The notes beneath the pieces were generated by a model. That model searched no databases. It was not told the DNA's origin and saw only the letters and a list, made by a program, of their open reading frames with translations. From positions 266,220 through 330,219 of the forward strand of contig JAHWHZ010000001.1 in NCBI GenBank assembly GCA_019322895.1: 64,000 nucleotides of DNA. Reading direction: 5' to 3'. Positions 47,342 to 56,734 of the stretch are shown here, piece by piece. The stretch's first letter is position 1. Each line of letters opens with the position of its first letter. This stretch comes from Candidatus Woesearchaeota archaeon. Lineage in GTDB: Archaea > Nanobdellota > Nanobdellia > Woesearchaeales > ARS49. The position numbers and the translations under genes are program-made.

Positions 47342-48604
47342 TTAATAGTACTCTTCTGCCTGCAGGTCATCGTCAAAATCATCTGAGTCATTGCCTCTTA
47401 GCTTGCTTATGCCGACTATTAGGCCGATGATGACCAACAATACTACAAGTACGATAAAAATCACTTCTAGAACCTTCTTAAGGGTGTTGCTAGGAGCTTT
47501 TGTTATGTTTGCTGTCAATGCTACCTGCTCTAGCTGCTCTCCGCTTGAGCTTACTGTTGCAGTCAGCACTTGTGCACCCTGTGGTGCTTTCTCGCCAGCT
47601 TCAACAAATACGTATAAGCTCTGTGTTTTTCCGCCCTCTAGCACGATTGTGCTTGAAGGTGATATGCGGACATTTGCCCACTCTTGAGCATCTACTGTCA
47701 ATGTGTAGCTCTTGCTTTCCCTTCCTGAGTTTGTGATTGTTATTGGGTATATTGCGCTTTCTCCTTGTTCAAAGCTTTCCATCTGTGAACCGATTGTTAT
47801 TGTTGTTTTCGGCTTGTCATTTGCTGTGCACAATGGATTCTCTGTAACTTGGATTGTCTTGGTTATTTTCTCTGAATAATGTTTCTCTGAGAAGTAAACC
47901 ATCACTTCAACATCGTATAATCCAGGCTCTGCGCACTGAGGAATTCTCAAGAAGATCTCTTCTGTCTCTTCCTCGTCATCATCTTCTTCAATCTCATTGA
48001 TGTATTCTGTTGCGCTTACTCCTAGATTTGGGATTGTTATCTTGACTTTTACGTCATCTTCCTGCATTTCTCCCTTGTTTTCTATCCTTACGCTTGCCAG
48101 CAAAGCAGATCCTGCTTTTACTGAGCTTTCTGGGTAGAATACAACGTCGTCAATCCTTAGGCTGTGCCTTGGAACGTCAATTTTCAGGTTGTAGCTTTGG
48201 ATAAGCTCTTCATGGTCCCTGTTTGTCAGGAGAACTCTTAGTTTGTAATCATCTTTCTCAAATTCATCTGAGATAGGTATGCTGAATTCAAGTTTGTATT
48301 GAGTGTTAGCTTGAAGGTTTTTTGGTCCTACTATGTCTGATGCTCTTTCCCATTTATTGTACTCAAAGCCAGACAAGAACACTTCTGCTTCTACATCATC
48401 AATATCTTCTTCTGCTGTTACTAATACCTCAACATCAATGGTCTGTCCTCTTTCAATGTCAAGTCGTGTTACCCTGTCAGGTGCCAGGCTGACATCATCA
48501 ACCTCGATTTCGTCTATAGCAACTGGCAAGGATGCTGCATGTACAACTCCTGCAATTGCTATGACCATCAACATTGCGAGTAATATTATCTTCAATGCTT
48601 TCAT
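47342..48604 (-). CDS. Secreted surface protein with C-terminal TM anchor and acidic tail (S-layer-like candidate)
   Basis: Signal peptide, acidic beta-rich repeats, and a C-terminal hydrophobic helix followed by DSDDFDDD. Confidence 0.45.
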   Translation of the reverse strand: MKALKIILLAMLMVIAIAGVVHAASLPVAIDEIEVDDVSLAPDRVTRLDIERGQTIDVEVLVTAEEDIDDVEAEVFLSGFEYNKWERASDIVGPKNLQANTQYKLEFSIPISDEFEKDDYKLRVLLTNRDHEELIQSYNLKIDVPRHSLRIDDVVFYPESSVKAGSALLASVRIENKGEMQEDDVKVKITIPNLGVSATEYINEIEEDDDEEETEEIFLRIPQCAEPGLYDVEVMVYFSEKHYSEKITKTIQVTENPLCTANDKPKTTITIGSQMESFEQGESAIYPITITNSGRESKSYTLTVDAQEWANVRISPSSTIVLEGGKTQSLYVFVEAGEKAPQGAQVLTATVSSSGEQLEQVALTANITKAPSNTLKKVLEVIFIVLVVLLVIIGLIVGISKLRGNDSDDFDDDLQAEEYY

Positions 48605-48670
48605 TTTTCAACCCCCTAACCAACTTTTTTTCAATAATTGTTGGTGATATATAAAGTTTTCGGTTCGTAA

Positions 48671-49813
48671 CTATTCTAGAGTAGGTACGATATCAATGTC
48701 ACGGTAAACGACCCTTCTCGTCTGGCCGTTGCTTGTAATTGTGAATCTCAGGAAATAATTTCCCTCTGGAGTGCCATATGGAATATCAAAAAGCAAGGTC
48801 TTGGTTACATCATCTCCTCTGCTAAGGTCAAATGGCCCTGCGCTGGCTCTCATGCCTAATTCCTGGCTTACAACAGCGATTTTTACGTCTTCCAGACTTT
48901 CTGTGCCGTCATTTTCAATGCCTATTGTAAGGAATAATGGCTCTCCGCTGACAGTCTGCATAGGGAATCTTGTTGATAACACCTTTATTCCGATTGTTTC
49001 AATTGGTGCTTCATCTTCATCATCGTCTTGTGCTGCATCAAGTCTTACAGTAGTGTATGCTGTCTCGCTTGTTGCTTTTTCACCGTGTATTGGATCATGA
49101 TAAGATATAGATACTACTCCTGTTATTGTCTGGCCGTCTTTTGCATCGTCATCAACTGTTGTTCTTATAACAATTGTGTCTCCTGTTCTTGCAGGCACTT
49201 CTTCAATGCGCCATCTGTAGTTTCCTGTTGTTGCATCTGGCTCTGAAGAATCAATCTGTGCATCTGAGTCTGCATCAAATGTTATGATTACATCGCTTGC
49301 AGTTCCTGTGCCTTCATTATAATAATTAATAGTGTATACCAGCTCATCTCCTGGCTCTACTGGGTCAGGACTGTCGCTGATTGATATGTCTATTGTGGCC
49401 TGAAATACCTCATCTAATGGAGGAATCTCGTCAGTAGGAGGGATTTCTGGGTCTGGTGTTGAATCAAAAGGACTGTCGTTTTTGTCGTCATCTTTTTCAT
49501 CTTCTTCCTCTTCGTCATCTTCATCTATTGTTTCTTTATCCTCTCCTATGCCGCCGCCATCTCCTTCATTTGGCATACTGTCAGCATCGCCCAGATTAGG
49601 CATCTGGTCAACATCGCCCAAATTAGGCATCATATTTGCATCTCCTAGATTAGGCATTACGTTAACATCACCAATATTTGGCATCAAATCAACATCACCG
49701 ACATTAGGCATTTCATCTGCGATTATGAATGGTAAGAATAGTAATGCTGCAATTATTAGAATTGATAAGAACGGCAGGTTTTTGGTTATGAATGTTTTCA
49801 TTATTTTTGGCAC
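48671..49813 (-). CDS. Secreted acidic protein with six tandem 9-aa MPN[VIL]GD repeats
   Basis: Signal peptide, then MPNVGDVDL MPNIGDVNV MPNLGDANM MPNLGDVDQ MPNLGDADS MPNEGDGGG, then a D/E-rich linker and a beta-rich domain. Confidence 0.45.
   Translation of the reverse strand: MPKIMKTFITKNLPFLSILIIAALLFLPFIIADEMPNVGDVDLMPNIGDVNVMPNLGDANMMPNLGDVDQMPNLGDADSMPNEGDGGGIGEDKETIDEDDEEEEDEKDDDKNDSPFDSTPDPEIPPTDEIPPLDEVFQATIDISISDSPDPVEPGDELVYTINYYNEGTGTASDVIITFDADSDAQIDSSEPDATTGNYRWRIEEVPARTGDTIVIRTTVDDDAKDGQTITGVVSISYHDPIHGEKATSETAYTTVRLDAAQDDDEDEAPIETIGIKVLSTRFPMQTVSGEPLFLTIGIENDGTESLEDVKIAVVSQELGMRASAGPFDLSRGDDVTKTLLFDIPYGTPEGNYFLRFTITSNGQTRRVVYRDIDIVPTLE
49550..49711 (-). repeat. 6 x 27-nt in-frame tandem repeat encoding the MPNxGDxxx units
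   Basis: Periodic ..attaggcat..gtcaacatcgcc.. units are visible on the + strand. Confidence 0.7.
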
Positions 49814-49845
49814 CTTTGTTTTTTAAGAGAGAAAAAAATAAAAAA

Positions 49846-50766
49846 TTATTTTACTACTTCCAGGATTGGTTTGCCGGCTTTGTCAAACTTCGGCTTTCCT
49901 TCCTTATCTCTGACAATCTTGAATTTCTTGCCATTGATTTTAATGATGTCCTTGCCCTTTTTCTGCTCTTCTTTCTTCTTTTCAGGAACTTTTAAAGCAT
50001 CAATAGCCTTCTTCTGAGCTTCTGGAAGCTTGTAGTCTTCTTTGCCTTCTTTTGTCAGGCCGAAAGCAGTCCTGATGTACTCGTGGTTTTCTTTCTTTCC
50101 ATCATTGTATCTGCTGTGTACTGCAAGAGACCATCTGTCAAAGCCTTTCTGGTGCCTTATTAATGCATTCCATACATCTTTTGGCACTTCAACATACCAT
50201 GAATCCCATGCTTTATTATCTACATCATCTTTAGCAAGATTCATTATGTTCTTGGCTTCTTTCTGTATCCTGCTCAAGAAGTTTGCTCTTATTCTTGTCT
50301 TCTCATAAGCAGTCTTTGCTGTTGTAGTTCCTTCTCTGCCGTAGTTTTTTCCAACTGCAGTATCAAAGACTTTTTCATCCAAGCCAGTCTCTACTTTGTC
50401 AATATTTCTTTCCTGATCTGTTGGGGTTAATCCACTTGCATATCCCCATACCTTGAATTTTCCTTTTCCTGTGAAAAAAGAATCAATTACAGTTTTGTAC
50501 AGGTCCCGCATTTTAATTAGATCTTCACCTGTCTCTCCTGCTCTGATTTTCTTGTCAATCCTTAGATAAGCAGTGCCGATTGCACTAAGCTCTTCAATAT
50601 TAAGCTTGCCGTCTTTTGATACTTTCTTGATTTGTTTAGCAGAATTTCTTGCAAGGTTTGTTGCATCTTTAATCTCTTTTTGCTGGCAGCCTCCTAAAAA
50701 TGTGTATCCTAAAACTGCTGCACCAGCTACCTGCAAACCTGTTTTCAAACCGTCATATGCTTTCAT
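49846..50766 (-). CDS. Hypothetical secreted or lipid-anchored protein with lysine-rich C-terminus
   Basis: N-terminal hydrophobic segment with LGGCQQ and a K-rich C-terminal tail. Confidence 0.4.
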   Translation of the reverse strand: MKAYDGLKTGLQVAGAAVLGYTFLGGCQQKEIKDATNLARNSAKQIKKVSKDGKLNIEELSAIGTAYLRIDKKIRAGETGEDLIKMRDLYKTVIDSFFTGKGKFKVWGYASGLTPTDQERNIDKVETGLDEKVFDTAVGKNYGREGTTTAKTAYEKTRIRANFLSRIQKEAKNIMNLAKDDVDNKAWDSWYVEVPKDVWNALIRHQKGFDRWSLAVHSRYNDGKKENHEYIRTAFGLTKEGKEDYKLPEAQKKAIDALKVPEKKKEEQKKGKDIIKINGKKFKIVRDKEGKPKFDKAGKPILEVVK

Positions 50767-50858
50767 TTTCTTGTCCCCCCGATTTATTTGTTAATCTTAA
50801 GTGTCAACATCTTTGTTTCACTCAAAAGTGACAGTAATATTTAAAGGTTTTGGTGAAC

Positions 50859-51989
50859 TTAATCATCTGAGCCGATTATGTCGCTGAGATATGTCTGGAT
50901 TGAAAATCCTGTATTCCACTGCGGCCTGCCCCATTTATCATGGTCTCCCTGCCAGGTGCATTCTAACCATCCTGTCAGGTAAAATCCTCTTCCAAGGTCA
51001 AGCTTCATTTTCAAAAGCGCGCCATATGCGTTGTGCTCATCTGCAGATACGCCAACAGAGTCTGAAATTTTCTTCTTGGCAACGAATTCTAGTGAGCCCG
51101 CAAGGTTTCTTTCCATCAGTTTTGTTCTGGCTTCTAGTCCGCCTGATACAACATATGTGTTTAATTTTGCAAGATTCTCAAAATGTGCATAGTTTGCACT
51201 GCCATTTAGTAGCGCAAACACATTATCTGTTATTCCTTGAAGAACATAGGCTGTTCCTACCAAATTGCTGTAATCTCCCTCTACTGGAATCTTGTCAACA
51301 CCCATTGATCCTTTGTATCTGTCTACTCCTTTGATTCCAAGCAGTTCGCATGGGCTTCCCATCAGGCTTGCTGCTGCAAGGGTGTTTGTAGGTTCTGATG
51401 CAAAAGATACTTTTGCACCAAGCAAGACATCTCCTGCATACAAGTCAATGGAGCCGTCATAATTCAGCCATTCATATCCTGCCTTTGCTTCTATGTATGC
51501 AAGCAGGTTCTTGTTGCCTATGTGCCATCCAAATCCGCCGACAAGTTTAGATAAGTCCCCGTAACAATTTCTGTCTTCCTGATTTTGGATGTCTGCTCTC
51601 ATCACTTGGTATAAGTTTCTGAAGTCAAGTGTAAGCCTTCCTTCATTCTCTTCTCCAATTTTTGCAAGAAGTTTTGATTGGATATTATAAAGGTCTAAAG
51701 CTTGGTGATGGCCTTGCCAGTTTCCTCCGGTGCTTATACAGGACCATAGATTAATATCTGTGCTGTTATTGATTTTATAGAACCAGCCTGTGTCAAAGTC
51801 TAGATCTGATTTCTTGGTTTTCTTGCTCTTTTTAGATTCTTCTTCTTTCTCTACTTTTTCAACTGTTTCATCATCGTCCATGAAATTCTCAAGCCTTAAA
51901 TCATCCCTGTCTTCTGCGCTTGCAGTTCTGGCAAGCAAAGCTATAAGTGCTGCTGTTGGAATTGTTAAAAGATATCTTTTGAAACTCAT
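50859..51989 (-). CDS. Secreted beta-rich protein (beta-barrel-like alternating pattern)
   Basis: Clear signal peptide (ALLARTASA) and an acidic linker. Amphipathic beta-strand-like alternation (YEWLNYDGSIDLYAGDVLLGAKVSFA...) ending ...TGFSIQTYL. Confidence 0.4.
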   Translation of the reverse strand: MSFKRYLLTIPTAALIALLARTASAEDRDDLRLENFMDDDETVEKVEKEEESKKSKKTKKSDLDFDTGWFYKINNSTDINLWSCISTGGNWQGHHQALDLYNIQSKLLAKIGEENEGRLTLDFRNLYQVMRADIQNQEDRNCYGDLSKLVGGFGWHIGNKNLLAYIEAKAGYEWLNYDGSIDLYAGDVLLGAKVSFASEPTNTLAAASLMGSPCELLGIKGVDRYKGSMGVDKIPVEGDYSNLVGTAYVLQGITDNVFALLNGSANYAHFENLAKLNTYVVSGGLEARTKLMERNLAGSLEFVAKKKISDSVGVSADEHNAYGALLKMKLDLGRGFYLTGWLECTWQGDHDKWGRPQWNTGFSIQTYLSDIIGSDD

Positions 51990-52148
51990 TTTTAGTGTTC
52001 CCCCCCAACTAAGTTCAGTATATGATAATGATTTAGAATTCTAGAAATTAGCTTACTATTTAAAGGTTTCGCTTTGTTGCTATCGCAGAGTAGCAAACAA
52101 ACGCTTGTTTTCATTAAGCTTAAATAAGAGTTTAGAATTACCTGCTTC

Positions 52149-53228
52149 ATGATTTCAATTATCGGCGCAGGGCCTTCTGGATGCTTTCTTGCATATAAGC
52201 TTGCAAAAGCAGGTTTTGAAGTCAGTATTTTTGAAGAGCATGAAAAAGCAGGCCTGCCTGTGCAATGCACTGGCCTCGTAACTCCAAACCTGTTTAACCT
52301 AGTCCCATTAAAGAAATCATTTATTGTCAACAAGTTCAATTCAGTCAAGGTCATTGCACCAAACAATATTTCTGCTGAAATAAGAGTGCAGGAATACCTG
52401 CTTGACAGGAAAAAATTTGATAATTACTTTCTTGAAAAAGCACTGAATGCTGGCGCTAAAATCCATCTGAATCATAGGTTCTTGACAAAATCAGGGCAGC
52501 ATGCAGTCTTACAAAACAAGAATAAAATCAAGAAAATAAAGACAAAAATTCTTATAGGCGCAGACGGCCCATTAAGCCAGGTTGCAAAAACCGCAAATCT
52601 TTACGGCAAGCGGGAATTCTTTATCGGCATGCAGGCAACTGTGCAGGCAGACTTCAGCAAAAACACATACCAAACATTCTTTGGCAACATTGCGCCTGGC
52701 TTTTTTGCATGGATTGTTCCAGAATCCAGCACAAAAGCAAGAATAGGTCTGGCAACAAGAAAAAACACAAGGCATTATTTTGAGAATTTCCTGAAAAACA
52801 AAGGAAAAGTGATTGAAAAGCAGGCAGGCACCATCCCAATATATAATGGCAAAGCAGCTCAAAAAAAGAACACATATCTCATCGGCGACGCAGCAACTTT
52901 CTGCAAGGCAACTACTGGGGGAGGCCTTGTTCCTGGCCTGCAGTCTGCAAAAATACTGTCAGATTGTATAATCAACAAGAATAATTATGAATCTTCTTTA
53001 AAGAAATTAAGAAGACAGTTGTGGCTGCATACTTTGCTTAGATCCACACTAGACAGATTTAACACGCGGGATTACAATGAGTTAGTCAAGCAGATAAGTA
53101 ATCCAAGAATAAAGCAGCAGTTGTCAAGCAATAACAGGGATTCTCCAATAACACTCCTGCCAAAACTTTTGCTGGCAGAGCCGAAATTACTTTATTTTAG
53201 CAAGTGTCTGCTGCAAAAAAAGGTTTAA
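52149..53228 (+). CDS. Geranylgeranyl reductase-family FAD-dependent oxidoreductase
   Basis: FAD-binding IIGAGPSGCFLAYKLAKAG..FEE and VQCTGLV motifs. Confidence 0.7.
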   Translation: MISIIGAGPSGCFLAYKLAKAGFEVSIFEEHEKAGLPVQCTGLVTPNLFNLVPLKKSFIVNKFNSVKVIAPNNISAEIRVQEYLLDRKKFDNYFLEKALNAGAKIHLNHRFLTKSGQHAVLQNKNKIKKIKTKILIGADGPLSQVAKTANLYGKREFFIGMQATVQADFSKNTYQTFFGNIAPGFFAWIVPESSTKARIGLATRKNTRHYFENFLKNKGKVIEKQAGTIPIYNGKAAQKKNTYLIGDAATFCKATTGGGLVPGLQSAKILSDCIINKNNYESSLKKLRRQLWLHTLLRSTLDRFNTRDYNELVKQISNPRIKQQLSSNNRDSPITLLPKLLLAEPKLLYFSKCLLQKKV

Positions 53229-53250
53229 CTTCCATCTGCTGCGTTGTGAC

Positions 53251-53343
53251 CAATGCCGCATGGCGAAGTTTTTGACTTCATATGCAATTACACATAAATC
53301 TGAGGCACAGGCAGTTTCATAACCAAGACGTAGCGCGGCATTG
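53251..53343. mobile_element. Family-2 93-bp terminal-inverted-repeat element (copy 2), inverted relative to copy 1
   Basis: CAATGCCGC...GCGGCATTG termini. Located between the GGR gene stop and the aglB promoter. Confidence 0.55.
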
Positions 53344-53431
53344 ATCTTTTGCTATCTTGAACTGAATAGTGCTTTCAAAAAAGAAAACTTTTTAAGTGCC
53401 ACGCCTTTCTCGCAGAATAGGGGGATTTATC

Positions 53432-56400
53432 ATGTCTGATGATGAAATCGCAATAGACTTAAGCAAGATAACTCGGTTTTTCAAGCGAAAGAAAAAAGAA
53501 GAGGATAAGCTAGAAAAAGAAAGAGAAAAAGTAGAGATTAAGATAGAATCTGATAAAGAAGAAGTAAAAGAGCTGAAAAAAGAAGAACAGAAGATTATTG
53601 ATAAGGAAATCAAAATAGAGAAACAAAAGATGCATGCACTTGAAAAAGAAAAAAAAGCAATATCATCTGATGATGTCGCGATTGACTTTCAGAAGCTCAA
53701 GAAATTCTTTATCAAATACCAGATTCCAATATTATTAGTGCTGATTATTCTTCTGCAAGTGATTCCTAATTGGGGATTCCTTCCATGGGGCGGCATCTGG
53801 ATGAGAATGCAGACCCAGAACCTGCCGCAGTTAGACACGTCTGCAAGACAGTCTGTAGAGATGCAATATAAATTGCAGATCATGCAATCTATAGATCAGC
53901 AATATCCGCATCTTCCAGATGCAAGCAAGAAAAAATTAGTTGATGACAAATTTAATGAATTGTTGGAAAAAGAATCGAAAACAATCAATGCGCAGAGCAG
54001 GGAAGTCGCAGAAGAATGGAAAAAACAGTTTCAATATTCTTCAGATGGCGCGCAGTATGTATATATGCCTGATATTGATCCTTATCAATATTTAAGACTT
54101 GCAAGAAATATGATTGAAAAAGGCCATGGTTATGACGAATTAAAAGATGATATTCCTTGGAATAATCACAAAGTTGCTCCATTAGGGCGCCCATATGCTT
54201 TTCAATTTCATAGCCTTGTTCTGGCAGGCATTTATACAGTTATGAACTTCTTTAATTCAAATGTTGATTTGATGCATGCAGCAACATATTTTCCTATAAT
54301 CTTAATATTCTTGTCTTTGATTCCTGCATTCTTTATCGGTAGGCGTTTTGCAGGCAATGTTGGTGGTTTTTTCACTGCTTCAATGGTTGCTCTTTGTACT
54401 GCCTCTTTTGGCAGGACTCCTTGGGGGCATGCAGATACAGATGCGTATAATGTTTTCTTTCCATTGCTTATTTTGTGGATTTTTATTGGAGCATTCTCTG
54501 TTAAAGATACAAAGAAAAAATACGGATTGCTTATGTTCTCAGGTCTATTAATTGGAATTTATTCTGCTGCTTGGAGTGGTTGGTGGTATGTATTCTACGC
54601 AGTTCTTGGAGGAATGGGCGCGTATATGTTATATCTGCTAGTAGCACATAGAAAAACAATTGCAAAGAATTTTGTGAATATATTTAAAATAAATGCGATT
54701 AAGAATACTGTGATTTCTGGAGTAATATTTTTTATTTCTTCAGCGTTTTTTGTTTCTTTAATATCTTCATTTAATAAATTTATAATTGCATTCAGTAGAC
54801 CAATCAAATATAGCGCAATAAAAGAAGCAGCAAGAGCCACATTGTGGCCTAATGTATATACGACTGTTGCAGAACTTAATCCTGCCTCTCTAAAATCAGT
54901 AATTGGTTCTGTCGGAGGGCCTTTTCTCTTTGCAATTGCAGTGCTTGGCGTAATACTTATGTTGCTTAAAAAAGATGAATCTGGTAAATATGATGTAAAG
55001 TATTCTGCATTGCTTGTCGTATGGTTTATTGGAACAATGTATGCTTCTACAAAAGGAGTCAGATTTACTTTGCTTCTTGCGCCTGCCTTTTCAGTTGCAT
55101 TTGGCGTAGCATTGGGGCGGATATATCAGAAAGTAACAAACTGGTTTGATAAAGAGCTTAATATGAGCAAAATAATTACTGGCACTGTTTTGATAGTATT
55201 ATTTTCAATATTATTAATTGCTCCTGCAAAAGCAGATTTTAAACGGGCAAAAGCGGATATGCCGCTTGTTAATGATGCTTGGTGGAATAGCTTGACGAAA
55301 ATAAAAGAAGAGTCAAAATCAGACGCAATAATCAATTCTTGGTGGGATTTTGGTCATCATTTTAAATATATTGCAGATAGGGCAGTAACATTTGATGGGG
55401 GGAGCCAAAACACGCCAATGGCTCATTGGATTGGACACACATTATTAACAGACAATGAAAAAGAAGCAATTGGAATTTTAAGAATGCTTGATTGCGGCTC
55501 TAATACTGCTTTTGAAAGACTTCTGGAAGAAACTGGCGATACTATTGACTCAGTTAATTTACTTTATAAAATAATTGTGCTTGATAAAATCGCGGCTGCA
55601 GGAGAATTGGAAGCTGCTGGAATAAAGAATATTGATGAGGTGCTGAAATATACACACTGCGAGCCTCCTGAAAATTATTTTATCACTTCAGGAGATATGT
55701 TCAATAAAGCAGGTGTTTGGGGGCATTTTGGAAGCTGGAATTTTGAGAAAGCGTATATTTGGATGAATTTAAGAAAGCTGCCAAAAGATGAAATGATTAA
55801 GATAATGCAGGAAAAGTTCAACTACAGTGATGAAAAAGCAGAGCAGGTCTATTATAAAGTGCAATCAATAGACACTGAAAAAGAAGCAAATACTTGGATT
55901 TCTCCTTGGCCAGGATACACATCCCGTCTTCAAAACTGCAAGACTCAAAATAATGAAATAATCTGCAATAATGGTCTTATTGTAAACTTAGATGATTTAA
56001 GTGCAAAAATAAAGGTTAGCGGAGGAGAAGGTGTTCCAGAATCCTTGGTCTACATAGACGAAAATGGAGAATTTCAAGAAAAAATTTTTGCAAATTCAAA
56101 AATCCCTGTCTCCGCAGTGCTTGTGCTGTCTAAAAATGGTTACCAAAGTCTGTTGTGCGATCCTTTGCATGCAAAAGGCATGTTCACCAGATTATTCTTC
56201 ATGGATGGTCATGGTTTGAAGCATTTTGAATTATTTGATGAGCAGCAGCAGCCAACAGGAGAGATGATTTATGTTTGGAAGATTAATTGGGATGGTGGCG
56301 AGCCTAGGACTCATCGTGCTCTTATCAAAAAAACAACAGTTTCTCAAGGAGACAACGTTGAAGTGAATTATATCGGCTGGCTTGAGAACGGAACTGTCTT

Positions 56401-56662
56401 TGATTCAAGTATTGCTGGATGGAAAAATAAGAATATCACACAATACAGCAGTTTTGATGCATTTGAAACAAAACCTTTGAAATTCAAAAGCTTAAGCAAT
56501 CAAATGATCATGGGTTTTGATGCCGCAGTTGTCAATATGAACATCAATGAAACAAAGACAGTTAAGATTGCTCCAGAAGATGCTTATGGCATTGATCCGG
56601 ACGCGCATCCAATGGGAAACAAAACATTGAATTTCAAAATAAGGGTTGAAAAAATAAGTTAA
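53432..56662 (+). CDS. aglB: Oligosaccharyltransferase AglB/STT3 fused to a C-terminal FKBP-type PPIase domain; K/E-rich N-terminal extension
   Basis: Multi-TM core with the WWDFGHHF (WWDYG) motif. C-terminal GDNVEVNYIGWLENGTVFDSS...MIMGFDAAVVNMNINETKTV is an FKBP fold. First ATG is at 53432; the track start is GTG at 53396. Confidence 0.75.
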   Translation: MSDDEIAIDLSKITRFFKRKKKEEDKLEKEREKVEIKIESDKEEVKELKKEEQKIIDKEIKIEKQKMHALEKEKKAISSDDVAIDFQKLKKFFIKYQIPILLVLIILLQVIPNWGFLPWGGIWMRMQTQNLPQLDTSARQSVEMQYKLQIMQSIDQQYPHLPDASKKKLVDDKFNELLEKESKTINAQSREVAEEWKKQFQYSSDGAQYVYMPDIDPYQYLRLARNMIEKGHGYDELKDDIPWNNHKVAPLGRPYAFQFHSLVLAGIYTVMNFFNSNVDLMHAATYFPIILIFLSLIPAFFIGRRFAGNVGGFFTASMVALCTASFGRTPWGHADTDAYNVFFPLLILWIFIGAFSVKDTKKKYGLLMFSGLLIGIYSAAWSGWWYVFYAVLGGMGAYMLYLLVAHRKTIAKNFVNIFKINAIKNTVISGVIFFISSAFFVSLISSFNKFIIAFSRPIKYSAIKEAARATLWPNVYTTVAELNPASLKSVIGSVGGPFLFAIAVLGVILMLLKKDESGKYDVKYSALLVVWFIGTMYASTKGVRFTLLLAPAFSVAFGVALGRIYQKVTNWFDKELNMSKIITGTVLIVLFSILLIAPAKADFKRAKADMPLVNDAWWNSLTKIKEESKSDAIINSWWDFGHHFKYIADRAVTFDGGSQNTPMAHWIGHTLLTDNEKEAIGILRMLDCGSNTAFERLLEETGDTIDSVNLLYKIIVLDKIAAAGELEAAGIKNIDEVLKYTHCEPPENYFITSGDMFNKAGVWGHFGSWNFEKAYIWMNLRKLPKDEMIKIMQEKFNYSDEKAEQVYYKVQSIDTEKEANTWISPWPGYTSRLQNCKTQNNEIICNNGLIVNLDDLSAKIKVSGGEGVPESLVYIDENGEFQEKIFANSKIPVSAVLVLSKNGYQSLLCDPLHAKGMFTRLFFMDGHGLKHFELFDEQQQPTGEMIYVWKINWDGGEPRTHRALIKKTTVSQGDNVEVNYIGWLENGTVFDSSIAGWKNKNITQYSSFDAFETKPLKFKSLSNQMIMGFDAAVVNMNINETKTVKIAPEDAYGIDPDAHPMGNKTLNFKIRVEKIS

Positions 56663-56734
56663 ATTTTTCTTTTTAAGTATCTATCATAAAGTATTTAAAT
56701 AACTGACTGTTATAAGAATAAAGTGGGGGTTATA

